Shown piece by piece: positions 8,498 to 18,235 of a DNA stretch of 23,877 nt. The first letter of the stretch is position 1. The number at the start of each line of letters is the position of its first letter. The stretch covers positions 1-23,877 of the forward strand of contig JANPJS010000161.1 in assembly GCA_031425655.1 (NCBI GenBank). The letters are read 5' to 3'. Position numbers and translations under genes: made by a program. The notes below the pieces were generated by a model. That model worked only from the letters and a program-made list of their open reading frames with translations. It did not search any database and was not told the DNA's origin. Origin of the DNA: Abditibacteriaceae bacterium. GTDB taxonomy: Bacteria > Armatimonadota > Abditibacteriia > Abditibacteriales > Abditibacteriaceae.

Positions 8498-11242
8498 TTA
8501 ACGCCGCCCCTTTTTTCCGCCGGAGCGCCCGAATTTGCCACCGCCGCGCGGAATGCCGCGTTTGGCGCGATGCTCGGTTCGGGGCCGCGTTTCGCTGCGA
8601 TTATTGCGGGCATTTCGCTGATTTGGCGCTTCTTCGCCGTCAGGCGTCCACGGCCCTTCCAATTTTTCCTGCAAGGCTTCGAGCTTATCGGCGTGAACGG
8701 CGCCGCGTTGCCCGCGCTCGACCATAAAACGCAAAGGGCGGTCGAGAGCCGGCAATTCTGCGGACGTTAATGTGCGCGCCAGACGTTCCGGCAAGCGCAG
8801 GCGCGCTACGGCGAGGCGTTGCGGCGTGCCTGCGGCGGACGGCGTTTCTTCGACATCGTATTGAATTTCTACGTCGCGGGCGCGAATGGCAACCGTCGCG
8901 GGCAGCGCCCAAAGCTGCTTGCGCTGCTCTGTGGGCACGAAGTCGTCGGCGCGCACGATCAATCGCGCGTCGCGGAAGGCTTGCATCGAAGTTATTTGCT
9001 GCTCGTTTAATTGCTTTTCGTAAAGCGCCGCCAGGTCCTCGAAGCCCAATCGCGGCGTTTGCGCGCCCGAACGCCGATACATTTCGCGCACTTCTTCGAT
9101 GGCGGCAGCGTTTTTCTTGACTGCCGCGTGTCGTGCTTTGGAATGCGCTAAGGCTTCGGCCAAAGCGCGTCGCGCTTGCTCTGTCAATTCGGGCGGAAAG
9201 GCTTCTATCGGCTCGCTTTGACGTTCCAGCACGAAGCCGAAATACTCAACCATCCAGCGCAGAACTAAGGGTGTATGGGCGCGCTGTGCGTCGTAAATCA
9301 GTTCGGCGTGCGAGCGCTTAGCGAAGCGCCGCAATCGTTCCAGACGAATTTGCGTGCCTTCGATGGAAGCGCGCGGCACGCCGTAACGGTCGGCGAAATA
9401 GCGCAGCGAACCGGCAATGGCGCCCCGATTTCCGCATACACTCGTCTTCGAAACGCGCGCCGATTGGCCATCAGCGGTGGTTTCATCAATCACCAAATCG
9501 AAGGGCATATATTGCGCGAGAAGGTCGCTGAAACGGCGGAAAATCGCGTCGCCCGCGAACGGCATTTGCTCCGGCAGCGGTAATCCGACGGCGCGCAGAA
9601 CACACGACATCGCCAAGCCCGCATCTTCGACCGATTTCACCAAAACGCCGCGCTCGTCGGCCCATTTAGCGATGGCTTCGGCGTCGAATAAATGGCGCGG
9701 CAGCCCGTAAACTTCGCCGATGGTTCCCGCCGCCTGAAACGCTTCCGCGTAAAGGTTGTAACTGGTGAGATGGTCGCTGCCTTCAATCACTAAATCGTCA
9801 ATGTCGCGCTCTTCGCGCGTCATGCGGTGCAGGCTTTCAATCGAACTCATCACGGCCAAATACGGCACCAAATCGGCGTCGGCGTTGACGATAAGTTCGG
9901 CCCACGCGCGGTCAACCGGCAGCGCCTCAATGGCCTTGCCGTAGCGCGTCAGGCGTCCCTGTTCGTTGATAATGCCGCGTTCTTGCAAACCGGAAAAAGC
10001 GCGGCGATACGAGGCGCGATCAAGCGCAATCGGCAAATCCAACTCGTCAGCGCGCACGCCCAAATCGGCGCAGGTCAGAGCCACGCGTTCGGAATCGCCG
10101 GCTAATTGAAATTCGGGCGCGGTCGGGCGCAACGCATGGAAATTAATATCGCGGTCGGAAAGTATGAAAACGCGCCCGCCTTCGACGCGGCCATGAACAC
10201 GCCCTGCCATTTGCAGGATTTCGTTGCTGCCCAAATGTAGCCGCGTCAGCACGTTGCGCCCTTTTTCGATGACGTTACTGAAACGCATATCTTCGATGAC
10301 AATCGTGTCCAGCCCGCGCACGTTCAATGCGCTTTGCCCGGCGGCGGTCATCGCTAACAAATACGGTTTTGGCGCGCCTTCGTCTTCCAAAAACGGGCGA
10401 ATCACGCTGACTGGTTCGCCTCCGTGATAAAACGCGGCGTTCACGCGCGGAAAGCGCCGCTGCACTTCGTTGGCGGCTTGTTCAACGCCCGCCCGCGTCG
10501 GCAAAAACACGCCCACGCCGCGTTTTTGTCGCGTCACTTGCGTGATAAAGCGCTCATCGAGAAATTGCAGCGGTTCTTTGTTAATCACCTGCACGTCGGC
10601 GGCTTTTTTAGGGTCGAATGAATAAACCTCCAGCACGTCGGCGGAGTTTAAATAGCGGCGATAAAACGTCGGGTCAACCGTCGCCGAAAGCCAGATAAAG
10701 CGGCAGCCTGCGCGTTTTCCCAACGCCAAACACAGTTCCAATTCGGCGGAGGTTTGGTGAATCTCGTCTACGATTAGGGTGTCGTGCGGCAAGATGTCGC
10801 CGTCCTGAAACCAGCGCCGCGCGATGCCGGTCGTGACGACAATCGTGTTCAAATTGGGCAGTTCGGGCGTGGCTTCGCGCTCGCGGTTGACGACTCCGGT
10901 TTTGAGAGGAGCGCGCAAAATTTCCTCGGCAATCGGGCGAATGGCGAGGGTTTTTCCGGTTCCGGTTCCGGCAATAATACCGAATCCTTGGCCGCCGCGC
11001 GCCAGTTCGCGCACACGCTCGCCGTGTGTGCGCTCCAAATAGGTATCGAGGTGCAATCCGATGGCGATTTCGATGGTTTCGCAGGCCGCGCGCGTCGGCG
11101 CGATGATGATAATGCGGCCCGTCGGCGGCTGTGCGGCGACAAACGCCTCGTGGTCGGGCGGCAAATAGCGGTCTTGAACGGTGGGGAGCATAATTGGCGT
11201 TGTTGCAAGGACGCCGCCGCTAATCTTCGGCAACGCTTGCAT
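8498..11242 (-). CDS. SF2 DExH-box RNA helicase, HrpA/HrpB-like
   Basis: Walker A GTGTGKT, VVTTG (Ib), DEIH, SAT, VFLPT (IV), QSALNV (V), QMAGRVHGR (VI). HA2-like LTRYGKAIEALPVD and SDHLT. Basic RGG-like tail. Alternative start at 11191. Confidence 0.9.
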   Translation of the reverse strand: MQALPKISGGVLATTPIMLPTVQDRYLPPDHEAFVAAQPPTGRIIIIAPTRAACETIEIAIGLHLDTYLERTHGERVRELARGGQGFGIIAGTGTGKTLAIRPIAEEILRAPLKTGVVNREREATPELPNLNTIVVTTGIARRWFQDGDILPHDTLIVDEIHQTSAELELCLALGKRAGCRFIWLSATVDPTFYRRYLNSADVLEVYSFDPKKAADVQVINKEPLQFLDERFITQVTRQKRGVGVFLPTRAGVEQAANEVQRRFPRVNAAFYHGGEPVSVIRPFLEDEGAPKPYLLAMTAAGQSALNVRGLDTIVIEDMRFSNVIEKGRNVLTRLHLGSNEILQMAGRVHGRVEGGRVFILSDRDINFHALRPTAPEFQLAGDSERVALTCADLGVRADELDLPIALDRASYRRAFSGLQERGIINEQGRLTRYGKAIEALPVDRAWAELIVNADADLVPYLAVMSSIESLHRMTREERDIDDLVIEGSDHLTSYNLYAEAFQAAGTIGEVYGLPRHLFDAEAIAKWADERGVLVKSVEDAGLAMSCVLRAVGLPLPEQMPFAGDAIFRRFSDLLAQYMPFDLVIDETTADGQSARVSKTSVCGNRGAIAGSLRYFADRYGVPRASIEGTQIRLERLRRFAKRSHAELIYDAQRAHTPLVLRWMVEYFGFVLERQSEPIEAFPPELTEQARRALAEALAHSKARHAAVKKNAAAIEEVREMYRRSGAQTPRLGFEDLAALYEKQLNEQQITSMQAFRDARLIVRADDFVPTEQRKQLWALPATVAIRARDVEIQYDVEETPSAAGTPQRLAVARLRLPERLARTLTSAELPALDRPLRFMVERGQRGAVHADKLEALQEKLEGPWTPDGEEAPNQRNARNNRSETRPRTEHRAKRGIPRGGGKFGRSGGKKGRR

Positions 11243-11338
11243 GATTCTTCAATAATTACCCTGTTGAAGCCAAAGTTTACTATTCAATACAAACTCGTCA
11301 TTCACATTAGGCGCCGTGCTATGCTTCCGTGTTTTTCA

Positions 11339-11699
11339 ACGGGAAGGCGGGAAGAACGGGAAGGCGGAAAGAGATTTGAGTGCTTTGGATGGGCGGATAT
11401 CAGCATTATCTGTTGGGTTTGCGCTTTGATATTGGATGAGGGCTGTGTTTAAGCCGCCTTTTCGCCTCGTCAACTCTCAAAGGGTGTAAACAAAGTCGAA
11501 AGCGCCACAGAAAAAGCGGTTCTCGACCAAAGAATCGGTGTCATCCTGAGCTTGCGAAGGATCTCGGCGTTGTCGCATCCATTATGCCGAGATCCTTCGC
11601 AATCTCAGGATGACTCATCTCTTAATTTCAGGGTTTCACTACCACTTTTCAAACTGATCCTCAAGACTTCCCGCCTTCCCGTTCTTCCCGCCTTCCCGT
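11339..11699. repeat. Composite palindromic repeat with 33-bp outer inverted repeats
   Basis: acgggaaggcgggaagaacgggaaggcggaaag (11339-11371) vs cttcccgccttcccgttcttcccgccttcccgt (11667-11699), one mismatch. Confidence 0.85.
11540..11614. repeat. REP/REPIN-like hairpin of the GTCATYCTGAGCTTGCGAAGRATCT family
   Basis: gtcatcctgagcttgcgaaggatctcggc...gccgagatccttcgcaatctcaggatgac. The same arms recur at 23581/23797. Confidence 0.85.
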
Positions 11700-11877
11700 C
11701 TAAATCGGCGAGACCGCGTAAGGTGAACTTGTCATTAAACATCTGAAACTTACTCAAGAACTCTATTTTTAAATTGGGCTGTTTCTTTAGGTTCACTTGC
11801 GGTGCGATTCTTATCTTGTCACGCATTTTGCAGGAATTGGCTCAGAAATCATTCGACACGAAGGTAGAACATTTGAC

Positions 11878-14800
11878 ATGAATGCAGCATTGCCCCCTGA
11901 CGAAGACAAGCGATTGGACGCGCTCCGCCAATATCAGATTCTTGACACATTACCAGAACAGGAATTTGATGACCTAACTCATCTGGCCATGCAGATTTCC
12001 GGGGCGTCCATGGCCGCTGTTGTCCTGATTGACCATGACCGGCAATGGTTTAAGGCGAAAGCCGGTTTTGACGCAAGCGAAACTCCGCGCGAACTCGGTT
12101 TTTGCACTCATGCCATTTTGGAGCATGATATTGTCGTGGTGCCGGATGCGACCGCCGACCGCCGCTTTGCCGATCATCCGCACGTAATGGGAGAGCCGCA
12201 TCTGCGCTTTTATGTCGGTATGCCTTTAACGACGCCTGAGGGATACAATGTCGGCACTTTGTGCGCGTTCGATACAACGCCGCGTCAACTCACCACAGAG
12301 CAGCAGGATGCGCTGCGCCGACTGGGCCGTCAGGTCGTGGCGCACCTCGAAGCTCGACCGAACGCGCTGGATGGTGCAAAAGCCGATGAGAAACCAACCC
12401 GCCAAGAGCGCCTGCACTCCGAAGATGTCTTGAAAGAATCGGAAGCTCGCTTTCGCCGGCTTTTTGAATCGGCTCAAGATGGGATTCTCATTTTGGATGC
12501 GGACAGCGGAGAAATCGAAGAGGTTAATCCTTATCTCACCCAACTCCTGAGTTACCCGGCGGAACATTTTCTGGGCAAACAGCTCTGGCAAATCGGCATC
12601 TTTCAGGATATTGAAGCGAATAAAGCTGTTTTACGCTCGCTGCAAGAAACAGGCTTTATTCGCTATGAAGATTTACCGCTCGAAACCCAAAGCGGAAACG
12701 CTGTTTCTGTAGAATTTGTCAGCAACCTTTACGCGGTCGGGGCCAAAAAAGTTATTCAGTGCAATATCCGGGATATTTCGGCGCGCAAAAAAGCCGAAGA
12801 AGCCCTCAGCGACAGCGAAGCACGCTTCCGTTTTCTGACAAATCTCGGCGATAAAACGCGGACTCTATCTGATCCGGCGGAAATCATGGCGACAGCGGCC
12901 ACATTGCTCGGTCTTCACCTGCGCGTTTCGCGCTGCGCTTATGCCGAAGTCGAAGCGGGCGGCGATGCGTTCACCATTCCCTACGATTACACCGATAACT
13001 GCGCCAGCACAGCAGGCGATTATCATCTTTCGCTTTTTGGGCCGCGCGCCTGTGCCGAATTGCGAGCCAATCGCACTTTGGTAGTCAGCGACGTGGACGC
13101 GGAACTGACTCCCGAAACCGGCGCCGATATGTTCAACGCCATCGGAATCAAAGCGATTATCTGTTGCCCTCTTGTGAAAAATGGTGAGCTGCGCGCCATG
13201 ATGGCCGTGCATCAAATCGCGCCCCGCCAGTGGACAGCAAGCGAAATAGCTTTAGTTGAAGAAGTCGTCGAACGCTGCTGGTCTATCATCGAGCGCGCAC
13301 GCGCCGAACTGGTATTAAGAAAAACCGAAGAAAGCCGTCTGATGGCGGTTGAAGCCGGCGGCGTGGGCGACTGGGAATTCGATCCCGCTACGACTCAGAT
13401 TCGCTGGTCAGACCGTGCCCGCGAATTAATGGGTTTTGAACGGGCGAACGGCAGTTTTGAGGTTGAAAATTCGTATCAGCAGGTTTTAAAAACTATTCAC
13501 GCGAATGACCGCGAACGCTTTGAAGTAACTGTTGCCCAGGCGCTCAATCCGGCAGGCGACGGGCATTTTCGCCTTGAATTTCGGGTCGTAGGCGCCGAAG
13601 GCAAACTCCTGTGGCTGGATGCGCGAGGACGAGCCAAGTTCGACGAAGTAAAAGGCGAGCGCCGCGCTATCCAGCTTTTGGGCACTATGGTGGACATCAC
13701 CGAGCGCAAACGAACCGAAGAAGCCTTGCGCGAAGGCACAGAGCGCATGGATTTCGTGATCGAGTTGGCCGGACTTGGCGAATGGGAATTAAATCTGCTT
13801 AACAAGAGTGCTTCTCGTTCGCTGCGCCACGATCAAATTTTTGGTTACCAAACTGCCGCACCCGATTGGACTTACGATAAGTTTCTCGAACACATTTTGC
13901 CCGAAGACCGCGACGGCGTTGACGCCAAATTCCAAGCGGCTGTGCAATTCGGCCTGGTTTGGGATTTTGAAGCCCAAATCCGCCGCACCGATGAGCAAGT
14001 GCGCGTAATTTGGGCGCGCGGACGCATCTGGCGCGACGAAAGCGGACAGCCAACGCGAATGCTGGGCACCGTAGCCGACATCACCGAGCGCAAGCGAACC
14101 GAAGAAGAGCGCGAACGCTTTTTGGCCGTCGGCACCGAACTTTTGGGAATCGCCGGGTTCGACAGCCGCTTTAAATGGGTTAGCCCGGCCTGGCAGCGCT
14201 TGTTCGGATGGAGCGTGGCTGAATTTACCTCGCATCCGTGGCTACACTTCGTGCATCCCGAAGATCACGCCTCCACAGTCAAGGAAGCGCAGCGGTTATT
14301 CGAGAGCGAGGAAACGATCTCCTTCGAGAATCGCTACCGCACTCACGACGGCGATTACCGATGGATAAGCTGGAACGTCAAGCCTTATCCAAGTGAACAA
14401 CTGTTTTTTGCGTCGGCAACCGATATTACCGAGCGAAAGCATAACGCCGAAGCGCTTTTGGAACGCACGCGATTGGCGGAATTGAACGCCGACATCGGGC
14501 AGGCTTTAACCCAGAGCGATACTCTGGAAGATATGCTGCATTGTTGCGCCGAAACGATGGTGCAGCATCTGGACGCGTCTTTCGCGCGTATTTGGACACT
14601 TAATCCCGATACCAATATATTGGAATTACAGGCCAGCGCAGGTTTGTATACGCATCTCGACGGGCCTCACAGCCGCGTGCCGGTCGGACAATTCAAGATT
14701 GGCCTTATCGCCCAGGAGCGTCAGCCACACCTCACCAACGCGGTCGTAGGCGATCCGCGCGTTAGCGATCAGGAATGGGCGCGGCGCGAAGGCATGGTCG

Positions 14801-16176
14801 CCTTTGCCGGTTATCCGTTGCTTGTCGAAGACCAGATTATTGGCGTGATTGCATTGTTTGCGCGCCATTGTTTATCGGAAGCGACGATTCAGGTTTTGGC
14901 GGCGGTCGCGGATTCGGTTGCTCTGGGCATTGAGCGGAAGCAGGGAGAGCAAAAACGAGCAATTCTCTTGGAAAGCGAGCAACAAGCCCGACAGGAAGCC
15001 GAGTCCACGAATCGCATCAAGGACGAATTTCTCGCAACTTTGTCTCACGAATTACGCACGCCGCTCAATGCCATCTTAGGCTGGGCGCATATGCTGCGTG
15101 CCGGCCAACTTGATGAAAGCGACACGGTTCGCGCGCTGGAAACCATTGAGCGCAACGCCCGCGCTCAAGTGCAGCTCATCGAAGATTTGTTGGATGTGTC
15201 GCGCATTATCACGGGAAAACTTCGCCTCGAAGTGCGCCCTCTCGAACTTGCGGAAATTATTCAGGCAGCCGTTGATACCGTGCGCCCGGCAGCCGATGCC
15301 AAAAGTATTCGCATTCAAATGCTGCTCGATCCGCACGCCGGGCCGGTATCAGGCGATTCAGATCGTTTGCAGCAGGTTGTATGGAATCTTCTCACCAACG
15401 CCGTGAAGTTCACGCCCAAAGGCGGGCGTGTGCAAGTCCGTCTGGAACGTGTTAATTCGCACGTCGAAATTGCGGTTAGTGACACGGGCCAGGGAATTGA
15501 CGCAGAATTTCTGCCTCACATTTTCGACCGTTTTCGCCAGGCCGATCAGACCAGCACACGCGCTTATGGAGGTCTGGGATTGGGACTTTCGATTGTGCAT
15601 CACTTGGTTGATTTGCATGGCGGCACGATTGATGTGCAAAGTGCCGGCAAGGAGCAAGGCAGCACTTTTGTGCTGCATTTGCCGTGCATGGCTGTTATTC
15701 ACAACGCGGAGACTTTGGAACGCCGCCACCCGACGGCGGGAAGCACGCACGCCATAAACAATAAAGATTTTGGCTGTCCTCCGCAATTGAGCGACTTGCG
15801 TGTGCTGATCGTGGATGATGAGCCGGACACCCGCGATTTACTGCGGACAGTGCTCGAAGGCTGTGACTCGGTAGTCATGGTCGCGGCGTCTGTTATCGAA
15901 GCTTTCGAGGTGTTTACCGACTGGAAACCCGATGTGTTGGTCAGCGATATTGGAATGCCGCAGGAAGATGGCTACAGTCTGATCAGAAAAGTGCGCGCCT
16001 GGGAACAACAACATGGCGGGCGCGTGCCCGCGATTGCTTTGACAGCTTATGCTCGTGTTGAAGACCGCGTGCATGTTTTGCAGGCCGGTTTTCAAGTGCA
16101 CGTGCCCAAGCCGATTGAGCCGGCTGAGCTATTGGCTGTCGTAGCCAGCCTCGCCGGACGAACCGGAGGCGCGTGA
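11878..16176 (+). CDS. Hybrid sensor histidine kinase: GAF-PAS-GAF-PAS-PAS-PAS-GAF-HisKA-HATPase-REC
   Basis: H-box FLATLSHELRTPL, N-box NLLTNAVKFT, DTGQGI, GGLGLGL, REC (IVDDEP, SDIGMP, KP), repeated PAC ends DITERK. The likely start is ATG 11878 (MNAALPPDEDKRL) rather than TTG 11797. Confidence 0.95.
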   Translation: MNAALPPDEDKRLDALRQYQILDTLPEQEFDDLTHLAMQISGASMAAVVLIDHDRQWFKAKAGFDASETPRELGFCTHAILEHDIVVVPDATADRRFADHPHVMGEPHLRFYVGMPLTTPEGYNVGTLCAFDTTPRQLTTEQQDALRRLGRQVVAHLEARPNALDGAKADEKPTRQERLHSEDVLKESEARFRRLFESAQDGILILDADSGEIEEVNPYLTQLLSYPAEHFLGKQLWQIGIFQDIEANKAVLRSLQETGFIRYEDLPLETQSGNAVSVEFVSNLYAVGAKKVIQCNIRDISARKKAEEALSDSEARFRFLTNLGDKTRTLSDPAEIMATAATLLGLHLRVSRCAYAEVEAGGDAFTIPYDYTDNCASTAGDYHLSLFGPRACAELRANRTLVVSDVDAELTPETGADMFNAIGIKAIICCPLVKNGELRAMMAVHQIAPRQWTASEIALVEEVVERCWSIIERARAELVLRKTEESRLMAVEAGGVGDWEFDPATTQIRWSDRARELMGFERANGSFEVENSYQQVLKTIHANDRERFEVTVAQALNPAGDGHFRLEFRVVGAEGKLLWLDARGRAKFDEVKGERRAIQLLGTMVDITERKRTEEALREGTERMDFVIELAGLGEWELNLLNKSASRSLRHDQIFGYQTAAPDWTYDKFLEHILPEDRDGVDAKFQAAVQFGLVWDFEAQIRRTDEQVRVIWARGRIWRDESGQPTRMLGTVADITERKRTEEERERFLAVGTELLGIAGFDSRFKWVSPAWQRLFGWSVAEFTSHPWLHFVHPEDHASTVKEAQRLFESEETISFENRYRTHDGDYRWISWNVKPYPSEQLFFASATDITERKHNAEALLERTRLAELNADIGQALTQSDTLEDMLHCCAETMVQHLDASFARIWTLNPDTNILELQASAGLYTHLDGPHSRVPVGQFKIGLIAQERQPHLTNAVVGDPRVSDQEWARREGMVAFAGYPLLVEDQIIGVIALFARHCLSEATIQVLAAVADSVALGIERKQGEQKRAILLESEQQARQEAESTNRIKDEFLATLSHELRTPLNAILGWAHMLRAGQLDESDTVRALETIERNARAQVQLIEDLLDVSRIITGKLRLEVRPLELAEIIQAAVDTVRPAADAKSIRIQMLLDPHAGPVSGDSDRLQQVVWNLLTNAVKFTPKGGRVQVRLERVNSHVEIAVSDTGQGIDAEFLPHIFDRFRQADQTSTRAYGGLGLGLSIVHHLVDLHGGTIDVQSAGKEQGSTFVLHLPCMAVIHNAETLERRHPTAGSTHAINNKDFGCPPQLSDLRVLIVDDEPDTRDLLRTVLEGCDSVVMVAASVIEAFEVFTDWKPDVLVSDIGMPQEDGYSLIRKVRAWEQQHGGRVPAIALTAYARVEDRVHVLQAGFQVHVPKPIEPAELLAVVASLAGRTGGA

Positions 16177-16292
16177 AGAATTGCGTGCGCGATGGAAAGT
16201 TTTAAGCGAGTCCGGGCGGTTAGTCCGACCAGCATCACAACATAACACCGAAGACTTTTAAATATGGCATATAGCGGAAGGAAGGCTACAAC

Positions 16293-16480
16293 AGCGGGGC
16301 TATCGCCCAATGGCATTAAGTTAAGCGGTGTAAAAACGTAGCTTCCCTCCCTCCGGGAGGGATTGAGGGAGGGCAAGACGGCGGCTTTGCCGCCGTCAAC
16401 CCCCACCTAACCACCCCCAAAGGGGGAGGAATTATGCTTCGGAACGCCTTAACTTAATGCCATTGGGCGTTAGCCCCGCT
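16293..16480. mobile_element. MITE-like element (188 bp) with 33-bp terminal inverted repeats and an internal G/C-tract REP-like palindrome
   Basis: agcggggctatcgcccaatggcattaagttaag / cttaacttaatgccattgggcgttagccccgct (one mismatch). Internal ccctccctccgggaggg and gacggcggctttgccgccgtc hairpins. Confidence 0.75.
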
Positions 16481-16490
16481 CTGTTTAATA

Positions 16491-16523
16491 AACGCGCCGC
16501 CGAAATTATTTCGGCGGCGCGTT
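16491..16523. terminator. Terminator hairpin between the convergent kinase and rhomboid genes
   Basis: aacgcgccgccgaaa-tta-tttcggcggcgcgtt, a perfect stem 5 nt from the rhomboid stop. Confidence 0.8.
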
Positions 16524-16527
16524 GGTT

Positions 16528-18192
16528 TTATGGCGTGGGCGGCGGAGCATTCGCCATTCTGATTTGCGCGGCGTGCAGCATTTTTTGCGCTTGCTGCGTC
16601 CAATCGCTGTGCGGATAACGGCCTATGAACCATTGCAGCAATTGGAGAGCGTGCGGCGGATTATCGAGTTTTTCCAAGTGCAGTCGCGCGGCGCGCAGCG
16701 TGGCGATTTCGCTTTCGGGCGCGTCGGGATACGCATACGGAATTTTGCCCAGATTTTCGGCGGCTTTTTCGTAGTCGCCGCGTTCGGCCAAGTGGCTGGC
16801 GACAACGAGCAGTTTGGCGGGCGGCAAAATGAAAAGCGGATACTTTTCGAGCGCATCTAAGTAAACGCGCGTTGCGCCGTTGCGGTCGTTGTCGGCGAGA
16901 TAGGCGCCGATGGCGTTCTCGAAGTTTTCCAACGCCGATTCTTTGTTGTTTTGCTTGGAGTAAGCGCCGGCTTGCACTTCGTAAGCCTGCGCCTTCATCG
17001 AAGGCAGCGCGTTGTGTGCCGCTTTTTGCTCGCCGGATATTAAGGCCTGTGAGCGGCGCAAGGCATCAGCAGAATCGCCTTCGCTCATCGCTTTGTGCGC
17101 GTCGTTCAACATATATTCGGCGGCGCCTTCATCGCGGGCGCCAATAGCTAAGGCATACGCCATGCCAAATCCGAAGCCGCCGATGTGCGCCCAGTGCGCC
17201 ACGCCGCCGCTGCTGTTACCCGAAATTAACTCCGCAAGCGCCGGCCAAACATCCGACATCAGCACATAGCCCGTCATAGCCCACGCTGCCGGCATGATAA
17301 CGCCCGGCCATTTCTCGCGCAAACCAAGCATCGTAAAACGCACCAGCAAGCCTAAACCGACCAGCCCTCCGAAACCGAGTAATAAACCGAAGTTGAAGTC
17401 CACTGCGGCGCAAATTTTGAACGCGAACAATCCGACGATAAACGGCGGCACGCGCAGCGGCGTGCGATAAAAACGGATGGTAAACAGTCCCATCACGCCG
17501 GCGATGGCACCGCTGGCGCCCATCAGCGGCACGCCCGCCGCTTCGGGCGTGAATTGCATCGTGATAATGTGAAAAAGCAGCACGGCGGCGATGCCCGCCA
17601 CCAGATAAGCGCCCAAATAAACAATCGGCCCCAGAGCGTCTTCGAGCAAGCGCCCGAACAGCCATAAAAACAGCATATTGCCGATGAGATGCGCGAAGCT
17701 GCCATGCAAAAACATCGAACCAAGAATACCGATGATTTTTCCAAGCCCACTTGGCTCGCTGGGACGATAAGCGAAGATATTGAGCGTAGAATAATGCGGC
17801 TCTAAAACAAAGGTCGAATCCATATTTTGGATCTGCCAGAGGCGCTGATAACCTTCGGAGTTTCTGGCTTGCTTGACGGCTAAAACCGCTGCGATCTGGC
17901 CGCGTTGCTTGTCGGTGAGCTGGCCTAAAATGGAATCTATTTGATCATCGGAAAGATTGCGCGGAACGTCGTGGTTTTCGGCATATTTTTGAATGATAAC
18001 GCGCAGTTGGGAGCGGAGCGCCGTGCGATCTTCTAAAATCGCTTTGAGCTGCGCTTGTCCCGCCATGCGATCAATCGGCAGATAGAAATTGGAGACCAGA
18101 ACCGTTATCAGAAAAATGGCGATATTCAGCCCCATGAGAACGTAAGTCATCCACGGAACGTGATGCGTCGAGCGCTGATACGGAATAAGCAT
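16528..18192 (-). CDS. Rhomboid-family intramembrane serine protease with a C-terminal TPR-like domain
   Basis: SMFLHGSFAHLIGNMLFL, catalytic GASG and AHWAHIGG. The helical Ala-rich C-terminus has YPDAPES/YPHSDW motifs. A ~100-aa soluble loop follows TM1. Confidence 0.92.
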   Translation of the reverse strand: MLIPYQRSTHHVPWMTYVLMGLNIAIFLITVLVSNFYLPIDRMAGQAQLKAILEDRTALRSQLRVIIQKYAENHDVPRNLSDDQIDSILGQLTDKQRGQIAAVLAVKQARNSEGYQRLWQIQNMDSTFVLEPHYSTLNIFAYRPSEPSGLGKIIGILGSMFLHGSFAHLIGNMLFLWLFGRLLEDALGPIVYLGAYLVAGIAAVLLFHIITMQFTPEAAGVPLMGASGAIAGVMGLFTIRFYRTPLRVPPFIVGLFAFKICAAVDFNFGLLLGFGGLVGLGLLVRFTMLGLREKWPGVIMPAAWAMTGYVLMSDVWPALAELISGNSSGGVAHWAHIGGFGFGMAYALAIGARDEGAAEYMLNDAHKAMSEGDSADALRRSQALISGEQKAAHNALPSMKAQAYEVQAGAYSKQNNKESALENFENAIGAYLADNDRNGATRVYLDALEKYPLFILPPAKLLVVASHLAERGDYEKAAENLGKIPYAYPDAPESEIATLRAARLHLEKLDNPPHALQLLQWFIGRYPHSDWTQQAQKMLHAAQIRMANAPPPTP

Positions 18193-18196
18193 GGGG

Positions 18197-18227
18197 AATT
18201 AAGAATAAGGAATGAAGAATTAAGAAA
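18197..18227. repeat. Short heptamer tandem repeat (GAATtAA-like x4)
   Basis: gaattaa gaataag gaatgaa gaattaa gaa, directly upstream of the rhomboid start. Confidence 0.7.
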
Positions 18228-18235
18228 AGACCTGA

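Noticed and set aside
11797..11877. TTG-initiated N-terminal extension of the kinase
   Set aside because: The GAF-type N-terminus starts at ATG 11878, which has a purine-rich upstream sequence. The extension looks non-coding.
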